Of a stretch of 64,000 nt of DNA, positions 1 to 14,007 are shown in pieces (the first letter of the stretch is position 1; every line of letters starts with the position of its first letter). The stretch lies in the NCBI RefSeq assembly GCF_009914755.1, contig NC_060931.1; one strand, given 5' to 3'. The notes beneath the pieces were generated by a model that did not search any database, was not told the DNA's origin, and saw nothing but the letters and a program-made list of their open reading frames with translations. The DNA is from the human T2T-CHM13v2.0 reference genome, Homo sapiens. The position numbers and the translations under genes were made by a program.

Positions 1-400
1 GTCAAATTGGATAATTAGATTCCAAAGTGGATTTTGGGGGGACCTAATTTTCCTATTTGGCTGCCTAACAGTATCAAAATAACTGCTAATTGCCAAATCT
101 CTCTCTCCCTTCTCTGTATGCTTAGCCAATATTGCTGTAGTGCATCAAAAAAAAAAAAAAAAAAAAATGCTACCATTGCTCAGTCCACCTGTGCATCTCC
201 TAATAATTAAATAGTGCACTTGTAGAAATTTTTTTTGGTTGGGGGGAGGTGGGAGACAAGAAGATTTACACATATAGGGACTAGTCATAGCCTATAGTTA
301 AGTGTCTAGCTCCAGAACCTGAAGCACAATGGTTTCTCCTAAGTGAAATTTAGGACTGTAGGACCAGCTGTAAGCTGAGACCTCCAAAATCTGCATTGGT

Positions 401-573
401 CAGCGGTCCCCAAATTTTGGGCAAAGGGAATCACTTAGGAATCTGTAATAATACTGATATTTGGTTGCCCCTAACTCTACCAGACATGATGATTTAATTG
501 GTAGGGGATGAGAATAGGAATCATACAATTTCCCCAAGTGATTCTAATGTGGAACAAAGTTTGGCAACTCCTG
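401..573. mobile_element. MER5-like hAT-Charlie MITE
   Basis: CAGCGGTCCCCAAA...GATTTAATTGGTAGGGG...CCCCAAGTGATTCTAATGTG...AGTTTGGCAACTCCTG resembles MER5A/B with imperfect TIRs. Confidence 0.6.
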
Positions 574-674
574 AAATTTGGTCAATATCATCGTAAAATA
601 TGCTAGTTTGTTAGGTTGATTTTTTGCAATGGTTGGGCCTAAGGCAATGTGATCAAGATTGCAGGCACTTGGAT

Positions 675-898
675 CAGACAAGCTGCTTCTTAATCTTGCT
701 CAACCTCTGCTGGTTCTGTCTATGTCCACAAACTGGCCAGGTAATTTTGTTTAGTTTCAGCTTTCTTATTTGTATGATAGAGATAAATGTGCCCACCTCA
801 TAGTATTGTTCTGAAGATGAAATGTGTTTGGAAGGTTTTGGAAAATTGTTGGCATGAAATCTGGCACCCAGAACTTGATATATTCTAGCCATCATTAT
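675..898 (+). mobile_element. MIR SINE
   Basis: Core-like CAGCTTTCTTATTTGTATGATAGAGATAAAT...CCCACCTCATAGTATTGTT...TCTGGCACCCAG. Confidence 0.6.
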
Positions 899-945
899 AT
901 GTTGTTAGGATTTTGAATCTATATTTTATTTTATAAGACAAAAGT

Positions 946-1246
<301 letters not shown>

Positions 1247-3754
1247 GATCTTTGAATAAGTCATCTGAGGAAGTTACCATAGGCCTTCCTTTACTTATTT
1301 TCTAAAGATAACATAATAATTATATTTTTCTTTTATATTACAAAATTAATTTCTGCAAAACAAAGCAGAATATATACCATTTATCACAACTCTTTTCTTC
1401 AACACTGTTTCGTTCTATAAAATGGAAATGAAAGTCCTGTACAATAGCAGTCACTAGCTAGCATCTAATTTAATTATCTTTATAGCATCTTTCATAAAAC
1501 TAAGTCAGTAGGAGGCCATAAACAGAGAATTTAGGAAATTTTATTAATCTCCTGGGTAATAATATAGACATTTTCCTTGAATTCATAATGTCTCAGTGGG
1601 CTTTTGATTAGATATGCAACTCAAGTCACATGGATGATAACACATTGAGAACTTATGGTTGATGTGATCACTAAACATAGACTGTGAAGGTCAACAATTT
1701 TATTGCCAATTCCTCATAGCAGCTCTATCTCTAAAATCATATGTATAATGCAACCAACTTACTCTAATGCAAAATACCCACATTCTATTTTCATGTGTTA
1801 TTTTCTTTTGATTTTTAAAATGTACTAAACCAATGTAAAAATAAAATTATGTATGCTTAGCCCACCTTGGGCAAAAATGCAGTTTTGCCGGGGAGTGAGG
1901 TAGGAGTAGAGAGATGGGTGTCCCGATTAAGAAGAAGATTAAAGGGAGTTTCAGGCAACTCTCTAAGGAAAGTCTATGCTCTACTCCTAAACTTCTCTAA
2001 TGCCTTGGATGTGTAACCAGAATCCTGAAATACTAGTTTCACAGCTAGCAGGCGCCTATCACCATTAGGTTTGTTGCTTCTCGCTGAGGCAACTCTAAGT
2101 TGATCCCAGCATGCTGTGCAAATATAATCAGCTTTCATGTGTGTCATAATGCAAAAAAACATGGGACGCCCTGCTTACATAGCACTCTTTTTTTTTTCAG
2201 TGAATGTTATCATTATAATTAAAGTGTCTTTGGGTATAATCTTGGATGATTCTAATACTCAAAGAACAAAAATGAAGAATTCCTGACCATTTCACAAACT
2301 CATCCAATTTTAAGATGTTCTTTTTGGTTATGAAGGAAAACACAATTAGAGATTGTTGTTCAAATTATATGATAGATGACTCTGCAGTACATTATAGTAT
2401 CAAAAATCTGGGCTTCCTTAGCTTTGGAGGGCTATTATCATAACAGTTGGATGATTCATTTAGGTCAGAAAAATCCCATTTCAGAATATTCTTGAAAAAA
2501 AATATAATTAATATAATTCCACTCAGATTTGAGAACATTTGGTTTATTTCTAGCTACAAATAGTTTCCTCTATACCAGAAAATAAATTATTTACTTCTTT
2601 TCTCTAGGTTTATGTGTTGCTAGGTTTCATTCGAACTTTATTTCAACCTTAAGAATAAATTGGGAAGAAAAAATATGTTTAGGGTGGGGACTGAAATAAG
2701 TAATGTAGAATTCCAAATCAGTTAGAGTAAAAAAATTCAATGGCTTGGGGACAGGATGTGATATAAATAGAAAGACCATGGGAAGATTGCCCAGAAGCCA
2801 GAATTTGGGTTCAAATACTAAAATTTTAGAACTGAAAACAACCTTTGAGATTTTAAATGAGGAAGTGAAGGGTCACAAAATATTGTAGATTATAGCTCAA
2901 GAATAGAGTGAAATTGTGTATTTTAGTAATAATACCTTCACCAGGCCAATTCTTCCACCCTCAAATCTGGGTAAGTCTCTTCAATATTAATCCTGCTAGT
3001 GAGACGGGATTTTAAAGAGACATCTGGAAACATCAGTGTTCCAATTTGGCACCAGAGGGTTGACTCCTCCCAAACATTTCCTCTTGTTCCTGTAACCACT
3101 GCCCCACCCACCCCATCTCCATCTCCTTCCCTGCTCTGCCCTCCTCTTTCAAAATAACTTAGTAGAAAGGTTACTTTCTCCAAAAAATTGATTTTTTTTT
3201 TGAAGCAAGATTTGAGTCTTCCTTATTGTATTTTAGGAAATAATATAATACTGTGTGTGCCTATTGGTTGCTTAGTAAATATTTGTTAAACAAACAAAAC
3301 GCCTAAGAGAAGAGACCTGAAATCAATCCAAAAGTAGAAAAAAAGAAAGACAAAACAACCAAATTAAAGCACTTCTCACCCTCACTGGACCAGGGGAAAA
3401 TTTCGGTTTCAAACATCTACAGACTGGGTGTCTGACTGGACCCAGCAGGATTTGGTCTCCAGACTCACTAAAGCATTGTTACTCTAAGGATTTCCGAGTG
3501 CATAATGGGTTTCCCGAGCTGCTTGAGTAAGTGCATCCTAGTTCCTGCAATTATGTTCATGACAACAGCTAGCAGACATTATGTCCTGCTTTGATTCTTT
3601 CTTTCTCCTTCATTCTATTTTAATTCTTCTTGATATATTGGCTTGTTCTTAACATAAAAGTCATTTAAACATGATGGATTGACCATGAACATTTATTGCC
3701 TTCCTGAAACCACTCTAAAATGATGGTAAACAACAACAACAAAAATACTCGAAG

Positions 3755-4061
3755 GGCCGGCACAGTGGCTCACACCTGTAATCCCAGCACTTTGGGAGGG
3801 CGAGGCTGGTGGATCTCTTAAGGCCAGGAGTTCGAGATTAGCCTGGCCAACATGGCGAAACCCCGCCTCTGCTAAAAATACAAAAATTAGCTGGCCGTGG
3901 TGGTGCACGCGTGTAATCCCACTACTAGGGAGGCAGAGGCAGGAGAATGGCTTGAATTTGGGAGGCAGAGATTACGGTGAGCCAAGATTGCGCCACAGCA
4001 CTCCAGCCTGGGAGACAGAGCGAGACTCGTCTCAAAACAACAACAACACAAAAACAAACCA
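3755..4061 (+). mobile_element. Alu (AluS)
   Basis: Full dimer, (CAA)n tail, TSD AAAAATACTCGAAG (3741-3754) / AAAAATCCTCGAAG (4062-4075). Confidence 0.95.
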
Positions 4062-4349
4062 AAAAATCCTCGAAGGACAAACAGGAAAGAGGACATCAGT
4101 GGTTGAGAAGTTTGAGTAAATGTTTAGCAGAGGGAAAACATGGAGCAGTGATAACTGAATTAGGGACAGAGGAAGCTGTTTAGGAGGAGAAGATTGCTTA
4201 TTTCTCCCAAAGAACTGTGGTAGGGCCAAGGACCATTGAAGGAGAGACAGTGTGGTGCTGTAAAGAAGGTGATGAATTGAGAAAACCTGTGTACCAAAGA
4301 GTGGCCTTCTTTTCCTTCTTTCCTTCTCTCCCCTTCTCTAGCTCTGTGG

Positions 4350-4740
4350 CTTAGCAGGTTGCTCACCATCTCTAGCTACTTGCTTCCTGGCAGGAGAGCC
4401 AATGCTTTTGCTCTGGATAAATTTAATAAAGTTCCTACAGGATCACTTTGTTGTTGTACTCTGCATGTAATGGCAACCCAACCCAGACCACTAGAACCAG
4501 GCTTAAATCTCATATTTCCAAATATGCCACAGAGAGTGATTATCTGCTCCCAACAGTTTGAACAACAACAACAAAAAAGTCCTGGAGTCAAGCCGTATTG
4601 GATTGATTTGGGTTACTTGTTACTTCTGAACCAATCACTGTGGCCAGGGAGAATGGATGCTCTGATTAACCAGACCAGGACTGTATAGGATAGGAGAAGG
4701 ATGGTACCACAAGAAAAATAATCAGATATGTTATAAGGAA
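4350..4740 (-). mobile_element. Old MaLR LTR (MLT1J/K/L-like) fragment
   Basis: CTGAACCAATCACTGTGGCCAGGGAGAATGGATGCTCTGATT motif typical of antisense old MLT1. Confidence 0.5.
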
Positions 4741-4989
4741 AGGAGAAGTGGGTTCTGGGGAAAGAATGACCTTATCTTCTAATATAATTACTCTGAGAAT
4801 GCAGTAGCTTTGTTGAATAGGGCTCTCATAGTAGCCACATGCCTGACTGTAGGTGGCATGATAGGAGCCAGAAGCAATCCCTAGGCCTACCAGCTGGGAC
4901 CAGATATGCACATGTTACAAAACATGAGAATGTGTACATAATGAATTATATCTGACTGCTTTCCTCAGAAGGAGTCGTTACTGGAAAAT

Positions 4990-5360
4990 GTTTACGTGGA
5001 AACTTTTCTGCTTTCAAATACATCCAGAGAAGATTTCTTAAACTTCTTTGATAGCCTGTTTCAGCGCAGCCATCATTATCAGGAAATTTACTTTTATGCT
5101 GTTAATTTAATTTAATTTAATTCTTTTGTCTGCAGCTTTTCAAAGTAGCTGGACATAATCCTCTATATAATATGTATGCTTATGCTTGAAGATAATCTTA
5201 CAATTTTCTTCCGGGATGGATGACTTCTGTTTTTTTAGCCACAAAATTTTATTTCTCAAACCTTTCATCATCTTTGAGTGTCTCCTCTGAACTGCCTCCA
5301 AATTTTCTGCATTTATCTCAAGCTCTAGAGTCCAGCAATGAATATAATAATCTAGGGAGA
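4990..5360 (-). mobile_element. CR1/L3 LINE 3' ORF2 remnant
   Basis: Minus-strand ENLEAVQRRHSKMMKGLRN resembles the CR1 motif LERVQRRATKMIKGLEN. Confidence 0.6.
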
Positions 5361-5665
5361 GCCCCACAACAAAGTGAAGGCAGTTGCTTAGGAAAATGGA
5401 AAGAATATTTTTGCACAGGACTTCATAGTTTTAAAAGGACTTTCCCAGGCATCACTTTGTCATTTGAGGTAAGTATTGCTTCCTCCTCCTCCTAAACTCT
5501 GATGGTTGATGTGGGTCTATCCTGAGTCAGATCCAGTTTGGGGTCAGCTGGAAGTCCAAGGTAGTTCTGAGGTTACAGCACAAGTTCATATTTCTTTATG
5601 CTTCCCTGGGACCAGTAACAATTTAAAAAATGGAGTAAACCACAGGGGCTTTCCATGGTTTGGAC

Positions 5666-5838
5666 CAGTGCTGCCCAATAGAACTTTCTGTGATGACAGA
5701 ATGTTCTATATCTGCACTAATATGGTAGCTATCAGCCACATGTGACTACTGAGTATTGGAAACAGCTCATGCAACTGAGAAACAGGATTTGTACTTTTAT
5801 TTAACTTTACATATGGCTAGTGGCATAATCTTTGGACC
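5666..5838 (+). mobile_element. MER3-like hAT-Charlie MITE
   Basis: CAGTGCTGCCCAATAGAACTTTCTGTGATGA...ATATGGTAGCTATCAGCCACATGTGACTACTGAG. Confidence 0.75.
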
Positions 5839-6562
5839 ATCCTTAAGTCTGGGTCTAAGCTTGAATTGGTTTCTGTGATTGAAGCATAAAGCACTTTGGT
5901 AGATCATCATATTTTAGTAATAATTTGATGGGTGGGAAGCATCTTAGTGGAATCCCAGTCTCTTCTCATCATATTTCTTATTATACATTTCAGTATTATT
6001 TGATTAAAAGCATTTTCCTCAGACATGCTGGCACTATATGACTAACTTATGTGTTCTTTTCCTCAGAAATAGATTAATTGTTACTTAGCTCTTTGCCTAG
6101 GACAGTGAATACCTTCTCAAGTGAATTTGTATGGGGACAGCAAGAAAACCTTGGGTTACCCTAGATGGTGACTAAGCAGGTTTTGGCAGAGAAGAAAAGT
6201 CTTAAGAGAGGCTGAGTTTTAAATACCCATCTAAGACCAAGGCCAATACTGCTAAGCCATAAGACAGTTTAGCATTTCATCTATGCATGACACACTTATT
6301 GGCATTAAAAGGCTATATTAAAGGATATACATAATATGAAACTTAACGAGCTCAGTTCAACTTCTGCCACATATTTGGTCTGCACTTTTTGCTGAGTTTA
6401 GTTTTTGAAGCATCTTGGAAGCCAGAGTAGTTATTAGATCAGTGAGGATGTGAGCGAGGAATCAGTCTTCTATTCTTACAGATGTACACTCTGCAGATTT
6501 ATAGATATCTTTGTCCTTAGGAACATTTACCCACTTATGGGCCTCTGAAAATAAAAAATAAA

Positions 6563-6908
6563 CATAGTTATGTGCTTTATAATGACATTTTCATCAGTGA
6601 CAGACTACATATACAATGGTGGTTCCATAGGATTATAGAACCATATTTTTACTTACCTTTTCTAATGTTTAGATCTGTTTGGATATGCAAACAGCATTGT
6701 ATTACAACTGCCTACCATATTGAGTACAGCAACATGCTATACAGGTTTGTAGCCTGGGAGCAATAGCCTGTACCATATAGGGTAGATGTGTAGTAGGCTA
6801 TACCATCTAGGTTTGTGTAAGTACACTCTATGATGTTTGTACAACCACAAAAGTCACCTAACAACACATTTCTCGGAATGTATTCCCATCGTTAAGTGCT
6901 GTATGACT
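6563..6908 (-). mobile_element. Tigger3a/MER7A DNA transposon
   Basis: ~345 bp with GTAGTAGGCTATACCATCTAGGTTTGTGTAAGTACACTCTATGATGTT; opposite orientation to the Tigger3b at 24083. Confidence 0.8.
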
Positions 6909-7049
6909 AAATAGTTTTATTTCCTCTTAAAAGTAAGGTAGCTTCATGGTTCATTTATAAATACTTGTCTGCTGACTTTATTGTTGCTTTCTTCCTCTGA
7001 GCTCTGCTTTCTTGCACTTCTGCTTTTGTCTTTGTAGTAATCTTAAATT

Positions 7050-7520
7050 TTCATCATTCCTCCCTCTTTTCAGTTGTAGCTAGAGACCTTGCTTCTAACT
7101 GTACTGAGAAAATAGGAGCTCTTAGAAAAGTACTTCTTGTCCCTCTAACATCAAATAGCATAGACTAAACTAACTGCATTCACACCCGGGCTGTCCCTTC
7201 CTTTACAGTAGATGAACTGTCCATGCTGTAATATAAGGCCAAGCCCTATGTAGGCACCAGAACTCATTACTACTTGGCTGTGGAAGGGTTTTGCTTCTGA
7301 AAATATTATCTCTTTCTCGTGACTCATCCATTGTCCTTCCTCGGTTGAATTTTCCTCATTTTCTATTATATACTTGCTTTAATGTCACTCATTCAAATAA
7401 CAGCAATTACAGCAAACCTTCTTAATTCCAACATCTCAGCCACTGTTTCATTTCTCCCCTTTATTTTACAGCAAAATTCCAAAAAGGAGTTCTCTATACT
7501 CAATAACCCTACCTTCCCAC
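7050..7520 (+). mobile_element. L2 LINE fragment
   Basis: CTTGCTTCTAACTGTACTGAGAAAATAGGAGC...GTAGATGAACTGTCCATGCT...TTTACAGCAAAATTCC. Confidence 0.55.
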
Positions 7521-7611
7521 CTCTTATTCTTTCCTATGCATATCTGTATATGATTTATTTGCATGAAAGCATATTATGAAAATTGATGAAATATACATAA
7601 AGTCTTTAGGT

Positions 7612-7716
7612 ATATATTTTTATTTGGAAATAATTTCAAACTTATGGAAGAGTTGCAATAGTATTAAAAGCTCACATGTCTTCAATCATTGACATTTTAT
7701 CATATTTACTGTCTCT
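7612..7716 (-). mobile_element. Old L1MC-type 3' end, left part (host of L1MA insertion; resumes ~13096-13330)
   Basis: TTTTATTTGGAAATAATTTCAAACTTATGGAAGAGTTGCAA; continues beyond 13096 with AAATACTTCAGTGT...AACATTGATATAATACTATTAT. Confidence 0.55.
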
Positions 7717-7729
7717 CCATGATGCTATT

Positions 7730-10700
7730 ATATTTCATTTATTTTAAACTTTTATAGGTACATAGTATGTGTATATATTTATGGGGTACATGAGGTATTT
7801 TGATTCAGGCATACAGTCCTTAATAATCACATCAGGGTAAATGGAGCATCCATCATCTCTTAAGAATTTATCATATTTTTGCATTACAAACATTCCAATT
7901 ATACTCTTACAGTTATTTTAAAATGCACAGGAAATTATTGTTGACTGTAGTCACCCTGTAATGTTATCACATACTAGATCTTATTCATTCTATCTAACTA
8001 TATTTTTGTACCCACAAATCATCTTCACTCCCTCACCTGCTGTTACCCTTCCTAGCCTCTGGTAACCACCATGCTACTATCTCCATGAGTTCAAATGTTT
8101 TAAATTTTAGCTCCCCAAAATGAGTGAGAACATAAGTTTGTCATTCTGTGTCCGGCTTATTTCACTCAACATAATATTCCTGTTTCGTCCATGTTAGTGC
8201 AAATTAAAGGATCTCATTCTTTTTTGTGGCTGAATAGTACTCCATTATGTATATGTACCATATCTTTATTTGTCTGTCGATGGACACTTAGGTTACTTAC
8301 AAATCTTGGCTATTGTGAATAGTACCGCAATAAACATGGAAGTGCAGATATCTCTTTTATACACTGATTTCCTTTCTTTTGAGTATATACCTAGCAGTGG
8401 GATTGTTGGGTCATATGGAAGTTCTGTTTTTAGATTTTTTGAAGAACCTCCATACTGTTCTTTATAGTGATTGTACTAATGTCCATCCCCACCAACAGTG
8501 TATGAGAGTTCCCTTTTCTCCACAACCTTGCCAACATTTGTTATTGCCTGTCTTTTGTATAAAAGCCATTTTAAGTGGGATGAGATGATTATCTCGTTGT
8601 AGTTTTGAATTGCATCTCTCTGATGATCAATGATGTTGAGCATCTTTTCTTACACCTGATTGCCTTTTGTATGTCTTCTTTGAGGAAAGTCTTTCCAGAA
8701 CTTTTGCTAATTTAAAAAATCAGATTGTTTGATTTTTGATCAAATTGTTAGATGTTTTCCTATTGGGTGTCTGAGTTACTTATACATTCTGTTTATTAAT
8801 CCCTTGTCAGATGAAGAGTTTGAAAATATTTTCTCCCATGCTGTAGGTCATCTCTTCACTTTGTTGATTGTTTCCTTTGCTGTGCAGAGGCTTTTAAACT
8901 TGTTATAATTACATCTGTCCATTTTTGCTTTATTTGTCTGTGCTTGTAGAGTAGTGACCAAGAAATCCTTGCCCAGACCAATGTCCTGGAGAGTTTCTTC
9001 AATATTTTCTTTTAGTAGTTTTCATAGTTTTGAGTTCTTAAATTTAAGTGTTTAATCCATTTTAGATTTGATTTTTTGTATATGGTGCGAGATAGAGGTC
9101 TAGTTTCATTCTTCTGCATACAGATATCCAGTTTTCCCAGGACCATTTATTGAAGGCACCTTTGTCAAAAATGAGCTAACTGTAGATATATGGTCTTATT
9201 TCTGGGTGGTCTATTCTGTTCCATTGGTTTCTGCGTCTATTTTTATGCCAGCACAATGCTGTTTTGGTTACTATCACTCATTGGTATCAGTCGAAGTCAG
9301 GTAAAATAATTTTTCCAGTTTTGTTCTTTTTGCTCAGGATGGCTTTGGCTATTCTGGGTCATTCATGGTTCCATATAAATTACAGGATTATTTTTTCAAT
9401 CTCTGTGAAGAATGTCATTGGGTCTATTTCTCTCTTTAGCTCTAGGAATATTTGCTTTATATATGTGAATGCTCCAGTGTTGGATGCATATATATTTACA
9501 ATTGTTGTATTCCCTTGTTAAATCTACCCCTTTATCAATATGAAATAACCTTCTTTGTTTCTATGTTTTTTTTCAGTTTCAATTTGCATGGACTATCTTT
9601 TTTCATCACTTTATTTTCAGCCTATGTGTGTCTTTATATGTGAAGCATGTTTCTTATAGGGAGAAGATAGTTGGGACTTGCTATTTTATCCATTCAGCTT
9701 GATTTTTTTATCCACTTTATGTCTTTTGATTGGAAAGTTTAGTCCATTTACATTCAATGTTATTGGTGATGAGAATTTACTCTTGCCATTTTAAAATTGG
9801 TTTTCTGACTTCTCTTCTTTCTTTCCTTCCTGTTTTCCTTTTTGTGAAGGTGATTTTCTCCAGTGGTATGTTTTAATTTCTTGCCTTTTTTTGAGTCTGT
9901 TGTAAGTTTTTTGATTTCAGGTTACCACGAGGCTTGCAAATAACATGTTGTAACCCATTATTTAAAACTGATGACAACTTAACACTGATTACAAACAAAA
10001 CCCAAAACAACTGAACAACTAACACACAGGCAAAGAGAAAACTCATATAAACTCTACAGTTGAACTTCGTTCCCCCAACCAACTTTTAAACTTTTTATTA
10101 TTTCTATTTATATCTTATTATACTGTCTACATCTTTAGAAGTTGTTGTAGCTATTATTTTTTATTGGTTCATTTTTAGTCTTCCTACTCAAGATATGAGT
10201 TTACACACCACAGTTACAGTATTATAATATTCTGTACTTTTCTGTGTACTTGCTGTTTTGTGCCTTTAGATGATTTCTTATTTCTCCTTGCTATGTTTTT
10301 CTTTCAGATTGAAAAACCCCTTTAGCATTTCTTATAGGGCAGTCTAGTGTTGATGAAATCCTTCAGCTTTTGTTTTTCTGGGAAAGTCTCTATTTCTCCT
10401 TGATGTTTGAAGAATATTTTCACTGGATATACTATTCTAGTATAAGAATTTTTATTTTTTCCTTCAGCACTTTAAGTGTATCATGCCACTCTCTGCTGGC
10501 TTACAAGGTTTCTACTGAGAAGTCTGCTGCCAGACATATCAGATCTCCTTTGTATATTATTTATTTATTTTTTTTCTCCTACTGCTTTTAGGATTCTTTC
10601 TTTATCCTTGACCTTTGGAAGTTTGTTAAATGTCTTGAGATAGTCTTATTTGAGTTACATCTGCTTGGTGTTCTATAACATTCTTGTAGTTGAATATTGA

Positions 10701-13082
10701 TATCTCTACGTTTGGAAAGTTCTCTGTTATTATCCCTCTGAATACACTTTCTATCCCAATCTTGCTCTTTACCTCCTCCTTAAGGATTTGTCCTTAGATT
10801 TGTCCTTTTGAGGCTATTTTCTAGATCTTTATAGGTGTGCTTCATTCTTTTTTATTCTTTTTTCTTTTATCTTCTCTGACTGTGTATTTTCAAAGAGCCT
10901 GTCTTCAAGCTCACTCATTCTTTCTTCTGCTTAATTATTCTGCTGTTCAGAGATGTGACACATTCTTCAGTATGCCAACTGAATTTTTCAACTCTTGAAT
11001 TTCTCGTGATTTTTAAAAATTATTTCAATCTTTTTGTTAAATATATTCAATAGGATTTTTAATTCCTTCTCTGTGTTTTCTTGAATTAATCGAGTGCCAT
11101 CGAAAGAGCTATTTTGATTTCCCTGTCTGAAAGGTCAAATATCTCTGTCATTCTGGGGTTGGGCACTGGTGCCTTATTTGGTTCGTTTGGTGAAGTCGTG
11201 CTTTCTTGGATGGTCTTGATGCTTGTGGATGTTCATTGAAGACTGAGCATTGAAGAGTTAGGTACTTATTGTAATCTTCACAGTCTGGGCTTGTTTGTAA
11301 CCTGTCCTTCTTGAGAAGACTTTCCAATTATTCAAAGGGAATTGAGTGCTGTGATATAAGTGTTTGGTCACTGCAGCTGTATCTGTATTAGGAGGCACCC
11401 AAAGCCCAGTAACACTGTGACTCTTGCAGACTGGTAAAGTTACTGCCTTAGTGGTCTTGGGTAAGTCCTGGGAGAATCCCTGGATTACCAGGCACAGTCT
11501 GTTGTTCTCTTCCCTTCCTTTACCCCAAACAAACAGAGTCTCTTTCTTCATGCTGAGCTTCCTGGAGTTGGGGGAGGGGTGGCACAAACACCCCTGTGGC
11601 TACCACCACTGGGACTGCTATGGGTCAGACCTTAAGCCAGCACAGTACTGTGCCTCTCCCAAAGACTGTGATGACCATTACCTGGCTACCTCTGATACGT
11701 TTTCAAGGCCCAAGGCCCAAGTCAGCAGGTAGTGAATCCTATCAGACTTGTACCTTTCCCTTCAGGTTGGTGGGTTTCCTTCTGGCCCAGGAATGCTGTC
11801 TGGGAGCTGAGGCCAAGAGTCAGGAACTTTAGGGATCAACTTGGTGCTTTATTGAACTGTGGCTGAACTGGTACTCAAGTTGCAAGATAAAATCTTTCAT
11901 ATTCTTCCCTCTCTTTTTCTCAAGCAGGAGTCTCTCCCCATGGCCATCAGTGCCCTAGGCCCATGGTGAATACTGCCTGGCTACCGTTGATGCTTATTCA
12001 ATGCCCAAGGGCCCTTTAGTCAGCTTGTGGTGAATCCTACAGGCCTGAGTCTCTGTCTTCAGGGAAGTGGGTTCCTTTCTGGCCCAGAGTGGGTCTAGAA
12101 ATGCATCCAGGAGCTAAGGCCTGGATTGGGGACTTCAGGAGTCTGTTTGGTGCTTTATTTTATTTGCGACACCAAAGTGGCAAGACGAAGTCCTTTTTAA
12201 CCTTCCCCCTCCTTTCCTAAAGCAGAAGGAGTCTCTCCCTGTGGCCACCACAGCTGAGAATGTACTGGATCATACCTGAAGCCAGCAGGGTGCTGGGTGT
12301 CACTCAAGGCCTGTGGTGAATTGCCTAGCTACTGCTGATGTTTATTCAAGGTGGAAAGGCTCTTTTCTCAGCAGGTAATAAATCCTGCCAGTACTAGGTT
12401 CTTTCCTTAAAGGCAGTGGGTTCACTTCTGGCCCAGGATATGTCGAGAAATGTCACCTGGGAGCTAGTGCATTCCCTTGTCTGCCCCTAGCTGGTGTGTC
12501 TCTAGGTTGCATTCACCTCAAGTTGACTGGCTCCTATCCCAGCACAGCACTAGGACTTGCCCAGAAATTGTGGTTCTTGTGGCCTAGACTGCCTTCCAAA
12601 TTTATTTAGGACCCCAGAGTACTTTAGCCTGCAGTGATGGGGCTAGCCAGAACTCAGGTTTTGGCCACTGGGGTGGACAACTCCCCTCTGGCTATGGCTG
12701 GTCTAAATGCCACATTTGTGGGTGTGGGCAGAATTCTGCCTGTATTGCTTTCCACTGTTACGGGGCAGCACTGAGTTCCAACGCAAAGTCCCACAGTCAC
12801 AGCATTCTCCCTCTCCCAAGCACATAGATTCTTTCTCCACACCATGCAGCCACTGCTGGGGTATAGGGAAGGGGTGGTGTTGGCAATTCAAGACTGTTTA
12901 TCCTATGCTCTTCAGTGCTTCTTTCCTTGATAAGATATTAAAACCAGGTACAGTGATTGCTCACCTGATATTTGGTTCTTATAGAGGTGCTTTCTTGTGT
13001 GGATAGTTGCTCAACTTGGTGTTCCTTTTGGGGAGAGGGTGATCGTTAGAGGATTCTATTTGGCTATCTTGCTCTGCCTTCT
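7730..13082 (-). mobile_element. L1MA (L1MA1-3-like) LINE-1 with 3'UTR, internally deleted ORF2, ORF1 and long repeat-containing 5'UTR
   Basis: 3' end ATATTTATGGGGTACATGAGGTATTTTGATTCAGGCATAC; ORF2 C-term ~8200-9420; EN N-term ~9421-9800; ORF1 ~10300-11150; 5'UTR to ~13082; degenerate TSD CCATGATGCTATT (7717) / CAATAATGCTATT (13083). Confidence 0.9.
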
Positions 13083-13354
13083 CAATAATGCTATTTTAAT
13101 GTTAAATACTTCAGTGTCCTATTAACAAGAATATTTTCTTGCCTAATCACAGTATAATGATCAAAATCAGTATAATTATCAAAAACAATTAACATTGATA
13201 TAATACTATTATTTAATCTAAAACTTTGTGTAATTTCATCAATCGTCATAATAATATTCTTTATTGCAAAACAACAATAACAACAAAAGCCACATTTTTT
13301 TCTGGCTCAGGATTCAATCTAGGATCCTGGTATACATATAACTGGGCAAAACAA

Positions 13355-13557
13355 GTCATTTTTTGTTCTTTTAGGGTCTCAGTGGTTTGGATAATCCCTG
13401 ACCACATTGGTGAGGGCAGATCTTCTTGACTCAGTCCACTAAGTCAAGTGCTAATCACTTTCAGAAACACCCTCATGGACACACCCAGGAATAATGTTTT
13501 ACCAGCTATCTGGGCATTTCTTAGTCCAGTCAAGTTGACATGTAAAATTAACCAACA
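13355..13557 (-). mobile_element. MLT2 (ERVL) LTR 5' portion
   Basis: Ends CCAGTCAAGTTGACATGTAAAATTAACCAACA, reverse complement of the MLT2 start. Confidence 0.8.
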
Positions 13558-14007
13558 TACAATCCTGGTTTCCTTCTTTCATATAGCACCTAGTTCTTTG
13601 TAGCACCACTTAAATGGGGTGCTCAGAAATGAAACAACTAATTAGGTAAATTATGGTGAAAATACACTTTCTGAAATCTTCACACTCTTTTCTGTTAATA
13701 TAGCTTATGGTTTTCCTGACTTTTTAGTAATGAAAGTTTATTGAAATGAAAAAATAGGGCCAAGGAGGTAAAAGAAAGCGAAGATGAAGTTAGAAAGAGC
13801 TGCTAGAAACACTAAGGTTTGTGTAATTGTAAAATAGGGAATTGCACTTAATCCCTACAAAAGAAGAATAGCAACCATGCTTGGCATCCATTGTAGTACA
13901 CAAAGATATTGCCTTCTCCTTGCAGAGTACTTCCTTTACCTTGAAACCACATGGAAAAGTCTCTTCTACAAATTCAGATATTAAAATTCCCAAAATGAAT
14001 GAATCCT

